A DNA stretch of 34,893 nucleotides from an uncultured Melioribacteraceae bacterium (GTDB taxonomy: Bacteria; Bacteroidota; Ignavibacteria; Ignavibacteriales; Melioribacteraceae), in the NCBI GenBank assembly GCA_964496755.1, contig CAZCBD010000002.1:1-34893 (forward strand), given 5' to 3'. Below are positions 1-7,922 of this stretch, piece after piece (position 1 is the stretch's first letter; the number at the start of each line of letters is the position of its first letter). Both the position numbers and the translations under genes were made by a program. The notes under the pieces are model-generated. The model searched no databases, was not told where the DNA came from, and saw only the letters and a list, made by a program, of their open reading frames with translations.

Positions 1-446
1 TTAAAACCGATCATATTTTATTTATTGCCTCGGGTGCCTTTCACGTAAGCAAGCCTTCTGATTTAATTCCCGAACTTCAAGGTCGTTTCCCAATTCGCGT
101 AGAATTAAAAAGTTTAACCGAAGAAGATTTCGTTAAAATATTAATGATTCCTGAAAATGCATTGATTAAACAATATGCCGCTTTGTTGCAAACCGAGGGT
201 GTAAAAATCAGCTTTAAAAGCGACGCAATAAATGAAATTGCTAAAACCGCCGCATTAGTTAATGAGGAAGTTGAAAACATTGGTGCCCGTAGGTTACATA
301 CAATCCTAACCACCTTGCTCGAAGATATCTTATTCGACGTACCCGACAAAATGCCGAAAAATGAAATTATTATAACCGGAGACTTGGTTAACGAAAAACT
401 TGATTCTATTGTTAAAAATAGAGACTTAAGTAAATACATTTTATAA
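1..446 (+). CDS. hslU: ATP-dependent protease HslVU, ATPase subunit HslU (C-terminal ~147 aa; 5' end outside window)
   Basis: The frame is open from position 3. It reads [43 protein letters not shown]...[22 protein letters not shown]...DLSKYIL*. This matches the conserved C-terminal region of HslU almost residue for residue, as I remember the E. coli protein. ORF-track entry 144..446 is only the part after an internal Met. Confidence 0.92.
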   Translation, partial: KTDHILFIASGAFHVSKPSDLIPELQGRFPIRVELKSLTEEDFVKILMIPENALIKQYAALLQTEGVKISFKSDAINEIAKTAALVNEEVENIGARRLHTILTTLLEDILFDVPDKMPKNEIIITGDLVNEKLDSIVKNRDLSKYIL

Positions 447-460
447 TTTTTAATTTATAA

Positions 461-484
461 AAGCCCCGTTTACGGGGCTTTTTT
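461..484 (+). terminator. Rho-independent terminator downstream of hslU
   Basis: Perfect 8-bp stem aagccccg (461-468) / cggggctt (473-480) with loop ttta. It is followed by a T-run (to 484) and lies 15 nt after the hslU stop. Confidence 0.75.
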
Positions 485-579
485 GATTAAAAATTCCCAC
501 CACCTCATACTATTATCCTTTCATGACAAAATACAATTGTTCAAACAATGATAAAGTATGCTAAAAAAAATCTCAAACT

Positions 580-610
580 AAAAAAGGCTTCAAAACCTGA
601 AGCCTTTTTT
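580..610. terminator. Bidirectional hairpin terminator, most likely serving the minus-strand coiled-coil gene
   Basis: 8-bp stem aggcttca (585-592) / tgaagcct (598-605) with loop aaacc. An A-run (580-585) precedes it and a T-run (606-610) follows it, so it reads as stem plus U-tract on both strands. It lies ~73 nt downstream of the stop at 683 on the minus strand. Confidence 0.6.
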
Positions 611-682
611 AACTAAATCAAAAAATTAAATATTTATATAAAAGAGAGGAACAATAGCAAAAGATATAATTAAATTAGTTAA

Positions 683-2467
683 TTACCTTTCCTGGGAGTC
701 GGGTTTATCTTCTACTATTGTTACCTCATTTTTTAATTTTTTCGTTTTCTGCTGAAGTTCTTTTTCCAAAGCAATTAATTGCGAAATTTTCTGTGTATAT
801 TCTTCTTTCTTCATTTCGGCGGCAGCAGTATCCGTTAGAATTTTCTGCAGATTTTCATTTGCTTTTGAAATATTTTCCTGTAAGTCCTCCAATTTTCTAC
901 TAACTTTATTAAACTCATCAATTGCAGCTACTTTTCTTTCTTCTGATTCCGAATAACTTGAATTCATCTGTTCAAGCATTAAATTCAGTTCTTTTTCCAA
1001 TTCGATTTTTTTACTATAAATTAATTCGGTTTCACCATTTAATTCATGTAATATATTTTTTCTCTGACTTTCTTTTTCTTTTAAACTTAAAATATTTTCT
1101 TCTAAATCACTGCGTTGCTTCTTCAATCCTGTTATTATTTGTTCAAGTGTATCGCGCTCTTTGCGCATCATATTTATTTCACCTGAATTCTCAGTAATTA
1201 ACGCCGATTGTTCCGAAATAGTTTTCGATTTTTCGCTTAAATTTCTTTCAGACTCTAATATTTGTTGTTTTAACTCATTTAACCTATCTTTTGCAAAGTT
1301 AACTTCTTCTGAAAACTTTTGCAATGTTTCCGATAATTTTTTTTCAATTTGTAAATGTGCTTCTTCAACCTCATACTTACGCTTTTCAAGTTGAACCAGT
1401 CTTTTCGTAAGATCATTTATTACACTATTTAAATTTTCCTCTGTACCTTTTTTCTTTAAAATTTCTTTGTGAATTTCATTTTTAATCGATTCAAACTTTT
1501 CCATCTCTTCTTTAATGCTATCACGTTTTGATGAAAGCATTTCCGATTCGTCTGAAATTAATTTTAAACTTGAATTAGATTCATTTATTTTTTGTTCAAT
1601 TTCAGATAACTCTTTCTTCTTTAATCGTATTTCTTCAATTAATTCATCCTTTTTGACAGAAAATTCATTAAACAACCTGTCTTTTTCGGAAAGTTGTTCC
1701 ACTAATTGCGAAAGATTTAATTCCAATCCCGACTTTATTTCTTCGCTTAAACTTGTTTTCTCAGAAAGTTTTTTTACTAACTCGGTTTTTTCTTTTTCTT
1801 CAATTGTTAATTTTTCAATCGTAGTTTGTAAAGATGTTTCTTCATTTTTAAGTTTTAATATTGATTGCTTTAATTCTTCAACTTCCTTTTCAAAAGCTGC
1901 CTTTTGATTTTTGAACTCTTCTATTTTTTTATTTGCATTTAATTCTTCTTCTGAAAAATTTTCTTTTAAAGTTTGAGTATCTTTAATTTCGGACTTTAAA
2001 TCTATTAACTCATTTTGTTTTAACTTTTTCTCTTCTTCCAACTCCCGAAGATTTTTTTCAATTTCAGATTTCTGTTCTAATAATTTTTTAATTTCATCAT
2101 CAATTTCTGCCGGAGAAGCTTTTTCAATTTCTTTTTCATCTTTTAATTTTTGAATTTCAATTTTCAAATTGTCAATTGTTTTTTCAAGTTCTTTAGTTTT
2201 ATTTTCCGAATCGGATATTAAATTTTCAAATTCATTTTTCTTTTCTTCAAGACTTGTAATTTCATTTTTGATTCCGGCAATGCTTTCGCGTAAATTATTT
2301 TCATCGGTAGTTAAATTGGAAATATTTTTGCGGGCTTCGGCAATTTTTTGTTCTAAAGTTTCGTAATCCTTATGTTTCTGCAAAAGTTGCTGGTAATTAT
2401 CCTTTAGTTCTACATTTTCCAATTCAAGTTTTTCAACTTCCTTTTTCGATCCGGAAAGTAAGCCCAT
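683..2467 (-). CDS. Long coiled-coil protein, 594 aa, no recognisable catalytic domain (hypothetical; cytoskeletal/scaffold-like)
   Basis: Uninterrupted 644-codon ORF. I place the start at the internal Met (MGLLSGSKKEVEKLELENVELK...) because AAGGAG sits 6 nt upstream of that ATG (rc of 2468-2485). The longer version would also overlap the divergent MATE gene. Composition is overwhelmingly E/K/L/N/S/I with a heptad-like pattern. There is no TM segment, signal peptide or Walker motif. Confidence 0.7.
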   Translation of the reverse strand: MGLLSGSKKEVEKLELENVELKDNYQQLLQKHKDYETLEQKIAEARKNISNLTTDENNLRESIAGIKNEITSLEEKKNEFENLISDSENKTKELEKTIDNLKIEIQKLKDEKEIEKASPAEIDDEIKKLLEQKSEIEKNLRELEEEKKLKQNELIDLKSEIKDTQTLKENFSEEELNANKKIEEFKNQKAAFEKEVEELKQSILKLKNEETSLQTTIEKLTIEEKEKTELVKKLSEKTSLSEEIKSGLELNLSQLVEQLSEKDRLFNEFSVKKDELIEEIRLKKKELSEIEQKINESNSSLKLISDESEMLSSKRDSIKEEMEKFESIKNEIHKEILKKKGTEENLNSVINDLTKRLVQLEKRKYEVEEAHLQIEKKLSETLQKFSEEVNFAKDRLNELKQQILESERNLSEKSKTISEQSALITENSGEINMMRKERDTLEQIITGLKKQRSDLEENILSLKEKESQRKNILHELNGETELIYSKKIELEKELNLMLEQMNSSYSESEERKVAAIDEFNKVSRKLEDLQENISKANENLQKILTDTAAAEMKKEEYTQKISQLIALEKELQQKTKKLKNEVTIVEDKPDSQER

Positions 2468-2567
2468 AACTTCTCCTTTTTTTAGGATTCCATTTCTTTG
2501 CAATTGAGTATATTTACTATCTAATTTATTAAAAAAATATTTTATATAAAACATACAAATTAAATTC

Positions 2568-3911
2568 ATGAAAAATTCTTTGCGAAAACATATAAAAGAA
2601 ATATTGACATTGGCCATACCCGTATCAATCGGGCAACTAGGTCATATTATGATGGGAATGGTTGATACACTTATGGTAGGCCCTTTGGGTGCCGATACCT
2701 TGGCTGCTGCTTCTTTGGCAAATGGTTTGTTCTTTTTAATTATGGTTTTAGGTATTGGCCTTTCGTATGCGGTAACTTCTTTAGCTGCCATTTACTTTGG
2801 CAAAAAACAATATTCAAAATGCGGAATTGTTTTACAAAATGCTTTGGTTGTTAATTTGTTTTTTTCATTTATCTTTACTTTAATAATTTATTTCGGAGCC
2901 GATTTAACTTTTCATCTTGGTCAACCAAGCCAAGTAGCATTGCTTTCAAATTCGTATTTGAAAATTCTATCCTTTACAGTATTTCCATTTATGTTATTCC
3001 AAACTTTCAGACAATACTCCGAAGGATTATCAATTGTTAAAATTCCAATGATAATAGCGATTTTAGCTAATCTTGTTAACGCTTTTATGAATTGGGTTTT
3101 AATTTACGGCAAACTTGGCTTTCCTGCAATGAAACTTGACGGTGCAGGTTATGCAACCTTAGCTAATAGAATATTTATGGGCATTTCATTAATGTTGATT
3201 GTATTGTATTCCAATAAATATAAAAAATATAACAATTTCAGCATTAAGTATTTTAATGTTAAAATTTTAATGAAAATAATTAGAATCGGATTTCCCAGTG
3301 GATTTCAATATTTATTTGAAGTTGCGGCATTTTCGTTTTCTGCAATTATGGTAGGTTGGATAAATAGCGTATCGCTTGCTGCCCATCAAATTGCTTTAAG
3401 TTTAGCTTCTATCACTTACATGATAATCTTAGGAATTTCCTCGGCAGGAAACATAAAAGTAGCAAATGCTTTCGGAGAAAAAGATTATCAAAAAGTAAAA
3501 GAATCGGGATTTACCGCAATTCTATTAGGCATATTTGTAATGATGATTTTCGGATTATTCTTTTTTCTCTTCAATAATTTTTTACCAACTCTTTTTATAA
3601 GCAATCCGGAAGTAATTACAATTGCATCCGAATTAATATTAATTGCGGCTTTCTTTCAATTATTTGATGGAGCACAAGCAGTTGCCTCGGGGGTTTTACG
3701 TGGAATATTAGATGTAAAAACCCCAATGTATGTTATCTTATTTTCCTATTGGTTGCTTGGAATACCGGCCGGATATATTTTTGCATTTAAATTTGGAATG
3801 GGAGCAAGCGGAGTTTGGTTAGGTTTTTTAATTGCCCTAGGTGCTGTTGCTACAACTTATATTTTGCGATTTAGATTTAAAACTTCAAATCTGATTAGAA
3901 ACTTAGATTGA
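2568..3911 (+). CDS. MATE family multidrug/toxic-compound efflux transporter
   Basis: 447 aa with ~12 hydrophobic segments. The N-terminus ILTLAIPVSIGQLGHIMMGMVDTLMVGPLG and the second-half motif FPSGFQYLFEVAAFSFSAIMVGW...AAHQIAL are typical of NorM/DinF-type MATE proteins. Confidence 0.85.
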   Translation: MKNSLRKHIKEILTLAIPVSIGQLGHIMMGMVDTLMVGPLGADTLAAASLANGLFFLIMVLGIGLSYAVTSLAAIYFGKKQYSKCGIVLQNALVVNLFFSFIFTLIIYFGADLTFHLGQPSQVALLSNSYLKILSFTVFPFMLFQTFRQYSEGLSIVKIPMIIAILANLVNAFMNWVLIYGKLGFPAMKLDGAGYATLANRIFMGISLMLIVLYSNKYKKYNNFSIKYFNVKILMKIIRIGFPSGFQYLFEVAAFSFSAIMVGWINSVSLAAHQIALSLASITYMIILGISSAGNIKVANAFGEKDYQKVKESGFTAILLGIFVMMIFGLFFFLFNNFLPTLFISNPEVITIASELILIAAFFQLFDGAQAVASGVLRGILDVKTPMYVILFSYWLLGIPAGYIFAFKFGMGASGVWLGFLIALGAVATTYILRFRFKTSNLIRNLD

Positions 3912-3957
3912 TTGGTAACTTAGATAATTATATTTTGTGAACAGTTTTAAATGAATT

Positions 3958-6042
3958 TTGGGATTCGAATTGCAAAACAATACTTTTAGAAAAATTTATA
4001 ATTCTTACTCTAAAAAAACCGCAACTTTTTTTGAACAAGCTCAATTAACAGAACACACTTTTATGATTATTGTAGCTATCATTATTGGTGTTTTAGCCGG
4101 CTTTGCTGCAATCGGGATAAGAGCTTTAATTGAGGAAATTTCAAAAATATCTTTCACCGGAAACGCTTCTATTTTAGAAAATATTATTGCTGCTCCTTGG
4201 TATATTAAAATTTTAGTTCCCACAATCGGGGCTTTGATTTTCGGTCCGTTAATTTACTTTTTTGCCCCCGAAGCAAAGGGACACGGAGTACCTGAAGTAA
4301 TGCAAGCAATTCTGCAACGCGGCGGAAAAATACGCCCGAGAGTTGCAATGATAAAAGCCTTGGCTTCTGCAATTACTATCGGAACAGGAGGCTCGGTTGG
4401 CCGCGAAGGACCGATTATCCAAATCGGATCAAGCTTGGGTTCTACGGTTGCTCAGTTTTTCAGAGTACCAACAAAGCGCATGAAAACATTAGTAGGTTGC
4501 GGTGCCGCTGCCGGTATTGCCGCTGCCTTTAATGCTCCTATTGCAGGAGCTTTATTTGCTCTTGAAATTATTTTGATGGATTTTGCCGTTGCTCAGTTTT
4601 CTCCAATTGTTATTTCATCTGTAATGGCTACCGTAATTTCACATAGTTTTGAAGGAAACTTTGCAGCTTTTATAGTTCCTAAATATAATCTTGTAACTCC
4701 CTACGAGTTAAGCTTTTATTTTATTCTTGGCGCTTTATCAGGTTTGGTTTCATATTTATTTATTAAAATTTTATACTTTTCGGAAGATTACTTCGACAAC
4801 AAATTAAATTTTCCAGAATATTTGAAACCCGTAATTGGCGGCTTAACAATTGGAGTAATCGCTTTGTATTTCCCTGAAGTAATGGGAGTAGGTTATGATT
4901 CTATTAACAATGCTCTTCATGGAAATATGATTTGGAATATCGCATTAATTTTAATTTTTGTTAAAATATTTGCTACATCATTAACACTTGGCACGGGCGG
5001 ATCGGGTGGTATTTTTGCCCCCTCTCTTTTTATGGGTGCTACACTTGGAGCTTTTTTCGGTGCAATTGTTAATTATTTTTTCCCTTCTATTACGGCAAGC
5101 CCCGGCGCCTATGCTTTAGTTGCTATGGGTGGTTTGGTTGCCGGAACAACTCGTGCCCCAATTACCGCCATTATAATAGTTTTTGAGTTAACAAATGATT
5201 ATCATATCATTTTGCCTTTGATGATTACTTGCATTATTAGTACCATTCTATCTTCAAAGCTTTCAAGGGAATCTATTTACACTTTAAAATTATTATTGCG
5301 AAATATTCACATCAAAGAAGGTTCCGAAACAAACGTAATGGAATCTATTTTTGTTAAAGAAGTTTTTCAAAACGACTTCGAATCAATCTCCGTAAACAAT
5401 GATTTTTCTGAAATTGTGAACAAAATTCTGAAAGGAAAAAACACTGAGTTTCCGGTTGTAACTTCAAACAACAAAGTTGTAGGGATGATTTCGCTATCCG
5501 TAATTAAAGAGTATTTACTTGATCGTGATTCACTAAGTCATCTTCTAATTGCAGCAGATATAATGAATACAAAATTTGAAAAAATAACCCCCGACGATCA
5601 TTGCCAGCTTGCCGCAGATAAGATGCGGAGCATGAATTGCGAGGGTTTACCCGTTGTGGATGCAGATAATTCTAAAAATATAATCGGAATGATTTGGCTT
5701 AAAGATATTCAGGATGCTTATCAAAAAGAAATAAACCGACGAGAAATCGCACTTAATTTAGCAAGTCAAATTAGCATGAAGGAAGATGAAAAACGCGTTC
5801 ATTTTATTGAAGGATATTCCATCGCTGAAATAAAACCGCCAAATTCGTTTTTAGGAAAATCAATACGAGAACTTGATATTCGTGCAAAATTCGGAGTTGA
5901 CGTTCTTTCAATTAAACAATTAAAAAAGACCGGTTCAAAAATTAAAGCTATTCCAAGTCCGGATTATGTATTTAGCGAGAACGACAGACTAGTTGTTGCC
6001 GGTGAAATTAAAAATATTAATTTATTAGAAACAATCGATTAA
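3958..6042 (+). CDS. CLC-family chloride channel/antiporter with C-terminal CBS pair and TrkA_C (RCK_C) domain
   Basis: CLC signature motifs are present: GHGVPE, GREGP, GIFAPSLFMG and ELTNDYHIILPLMIT. After the membrane domain come two CBS-like repeats (...FPVVTSNNKVVGMISL..., ...GLPVVDADNSKNIIGMIWLKDI...). A TrkA_C-like tail follows (EIKPPNSFLGKSIRELDIRAKFGVDVLSIK...ENDRLVVAGE). The start is uncertain: TTG at 3958 (ORF track) or ATG at 4063. Confidence 0.9.
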   Translation: MGFELQNNTFRKIYNSYSKKTATFFEQAQLTEHTFMIIVAIIIGVLAGFAAIGIRALIEEISKISFTGNASILENIIAAPWYIKILVPTIGALIFGPLIYFFAPEAKGHGVPEVMQAILQRGGKIRPRVAMIKALASAITIGTGGSVGREGPIIQIGSSLGSTVAQFFRVPTKRMKTLVGCGAAAGIAAAFNAPIAGALFALEIILMDFAVAQFSPIVISSVMATVISHSFEGNFAAFIVPKYNLVTPYELSFYFILGALSGLVSYLFIKILYFSEDYFDNKLNFPEYLKPVIGGLTIGVIALYFPEVMGVGYDSINNALHGNMIWNIALILIFVKIFATSLTLGTGGSGGIFAPSLFMGATLGAFFGAIVNYFFPSITASPGAYALVAMGGLVAGTTRAPITAIIIVFELTNDYHIILPLMITCIISTILSSKLSRESIYTLKLLLRNIHIKEGSETNVMESIFVKEVFQNDFESISVNNDFSEIVNKILKGKNTEFPVVTSNNKVVGMISLSVIKEYLLDRDSLSHLLIAADIMNTKFEKITPDDHCQLAADKMRSMNCEGLPVVDADNSKNIIGMIWLKDIQDAYQKEINRREIALNLASQISMKEDEKRVHFIEGYSIAEIKPPNSFLGKSIRELDIRAKFGVDVLSIKQLKKTGSKIKAIPSPDYVFSENDRLVVAGEIKNINLLETID

Positions 6043-6067
6043 TATTAAATTATTTAATATTAAAGTA

Positions 6068-7387
6068 ATGAACAGAGAAGAATTAACATATAAAAAAATA
6101 TTTAAATTTTGGTATCCCTTGGCTGCCACTTGGTTGATGATGGCAACCGAAGGACCCTTTATTGCCGCCTTAATTGCAAGAATGATTGAACCGAAAGCAA
6201 ACTTAGCAGCCTATGGCGTTGCTTTTTCAATTGCAATTATTGTTGAGGCTCCGGTAATTATGATTATGAGTGCTTCAACGGCTTTGGTAAAAAACAGTAA
6301 TTCCTTTTTTAAGTTAAGAAATTTTACATACGCAGCAAACGGACTAATTACAATCTTAATGCTGATTTTATTAATTCCTCCGGTATTTAATTTTTTTGCA
6401 ATCTATTTAATTGAACTTCCTACTCATGTTGCAGAATTAACATATTCTGCAATTTTAATTTTACTTCCATGGCCGGCTGCTATCGGATACAGACGTTTTT
6501 ATCAAGGAATTTTAATAAACAGCAATCAAACCGGAAAAGTTGCTTATGGAACCGTAGTACGTTTACTTTCGATGGCATTAACCGGCTCTTTATTATTTTT
6601 GTTTTCGGATTTTAACGGAGTTGAAGTTGGAGCCGCCGCATTGTCGGTAGGTGTTTGTATGGAAGCAATTGCCAGCAAAATGATGGCTTATAAGCTTGTT
6701 AATAAATTAAAAGATAAAACAAATATTTCCAGCTCAAATAATTTAACATATAACGAAATATTCAAATTCTACTATCCGCTGGCATTAACATCGGTTTTAT
6801 CTTTAGCTGTGCATCCGATGGTAACCTTTTTTATGGGCCAAAGTAAATTGCCTGTGGAATCTTTGGCAGTATTGCCTGTAATTAATTCATTGGTATTTAT
6901 TTTCAGAGCTTTTGGTTTATCTTATACCGAAGTTGGAATTACTTTATTCGGCAAAGATTTTAGCGGATATAAAAAATTAAAAAATTTTGCTTTCGGGATG
7001 TCTATTATTGTTACCGCTATGTTGTTTCTAATTGCATTTACTCCTCTTTCGGAAATATGGTTTCATAACATCTCGGGATTATCTTTAGAATTAACGGAAA
7101 TTGCAATTGTTCCTTTGATGATTATTTCGTTAATGCCCGGTTTAACTGTACTTATTAATTTTCAAAGAGCTGTGTTGGTTTTTTCAAAAAATACTGCTCC
7201 TCTAACTATTGCTACCGTAATTGAAGTTACCGGCATTATTTTAGTTTTGATCTTTACAATAAAAGGATATTTTTTAGTAGGAGCAATTGCGGCTACTCTT
7301 AGCTTTATTTTCGGAAGATTAGCCGCTAATATCTATTTAATGTTGCCCATGATAAAGTCTGTTAAAAAAAATCTGAATTTAAAATAG
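6068..7387 (+). CDS. MATE-like / MOP-superfamily polytopic membrane transporter (substrate unknown)
   Basis: 439 aa with ~12 TM segments. A clear internal duplication supports a 6+6 MATE/MOP-type architecture: LTYKKIFKFWYPLAATW at the N-terminus versus LTYNEIFKFYYPLALTS at ~aa 226. I do not recognise the exact family. Confidence 0.65.
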   Translation: MNREELTYKKIFKFWYPLAATWLMMATEGPFIAALIARMIEPKANLAAYGVAFSIAIIVEAPVIMIMSASTALVKNSNSFFKLRNFTYAANGLITILMLILLIPPVFNFFAIYLIELPTHVAELTYSAILILLPWPAAIGYRRFYQGILINSNQTGKVAYGTVVRLLSMALTGSLLFLFSDFNGVEVGAAALSVGVCMEAIASKMMAYKLVNKLKDKTNISSSNNLTYNEIFKFYYPLALTSVLSLAVHPMVTFFMGQSKLPVESLAVLPVINSLVFIFRAFGLSYTEVGITLFGKDFSGYKKLKNFAFGMSIIVTAMLFLIAFTPLSEIWFHNISGLSLELTEIAIVPLMIISLMPGLTVLINFQRAVLVFSKNTAPLTIATVIEVTGIILVLIFTIKGYFLVGAIAATLSFIFGRLAANIYLMLPMIKSVKKNLNLK

Positions 7388-7900
7388 GCTTGGATCGGCA
7401 TAAACTATTTCAAATCTATCAATCAAAACCGAAGCGGGAATAATTCCTCCCACATTTACATTAATTCTAAATTTTTCGTTCGGCTTAACGTAAAATAATG
7501 TGTCGTTTCTGTATGGAGACCAATACCTTTCGTTTATGTTAAATAAAGTTCTAACTGTAGAAGAATCAGAATTAATAAATTCAACTTGAGCCGTCTGATT
7601 TGAATCGAGTATTTTGCCCCAAAGTTTTACTTTGTAATACGCTTCTTTATTCATATTTTCAAAAGTAAATGATACCGTCGGCCTTGTATCTCCACCTGAA
7701 ACTCTCAAAGATCTGTATCCCCCCAAAGGAGGTGCGTCAAATACAAAGTTCTCTAATGTAATGCCTTCGATGTTTGCGGTATCAGTGTTTTCTTCAAATG
7801 AATTGTAATAGACCGTATAAATCGGGCTTGTTTGATTTACCGGATCTTCGCAGGCTATTACTACTATTAACAGTATAAAGATAAATGTGATTTTTTTCAT
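7379..7900 (-). CDS. Small lipoprotein of unknown function (beta-rich, jelly-roll/CBM-like by eye)
   Basis: 173 aa. The signal peptide MKKITFIFILLIVVIAC ends in the lipobox VIA|C. The gene lies 22 nt downstream of the serpin gene on the same strand. Its 3' end overlaps the convergent gene 6068..7387 by 9 nt. Confidence 0.6.
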   Translation of the reverse strand: MKKITFIFILLIVVIACEDPVNQTSPIYTVYYNSFEENTDTANIEGITLENFVFDAPPLGGYRSLRVSGGDTRPTVSFTFENMNKEAYYKVKLWGKILDSNQTAQVEFINSDSSTVRTLFNINERYWSPYRNDTLFYVKPNEKFRINVNVGGIIPASVLIDRFEIVYADPSLF

Positions 7901-7922
7901 GGTTTTCTTTTCTTTGTTTAAA

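Noticed and set aside
523-564. 13-codon micro-ORF (MTKYNCSNNDKVC) lying between the two terminators downstream of hslU
   Set aside because: There is no RBS upstream (tattatcctttc) and I could not find a convincing promoter. It is too short to evaluate, and ORFs of this length are expected by chance. I also saw no sRNA-like structure other than the terminators themselves.
718-2366. Series of plus-strand ORFs (718..903, 922..1197, 1161..1394, 1515..1907, 2169..2366) opposite the coiled-coil gene
   Set aside because: They are F/S/L/I-rich mirror images of the E/K/L-rich coiled-coil codons (complements of GAA/AAA/TTA-type repeats). They lack RBS and domain features, and they are fully contained in a longer, better-supported gene.
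2468-2617. N-terminal 50-aa extension of the coiled-coil ORF (start at 2617)
   Set aside because: The extension (MANVNISFICFRKEFFMNLICMFY...) is hydrophobic junk. It would overlap the divergent MATE start at 2568 and remove any promoter space. The internal ATG at 2467 has an AAGGAG RBS.
3912-3957. Fluoride (crcB-motif) riboswitch upstream of the CLC gene
   Set aside because: Only 46 nt of AT-rich spacer is available, with no conserved GC-rich pseudoknot core. The CLC also has GREGP rather than CLC-F-type motifs.
6041-6061. Perfect 10+1+10 palindrome aatattaaat-t-atttaatatt between the CLC stop and the next gene
   Set aside because: It is composed solely of A/T. Such palindromes arise by chance in DNA this AT-rich, and the hairpin would be very weak with no U-tract logic. 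It could still be an operator, but there is no supporting evidence.
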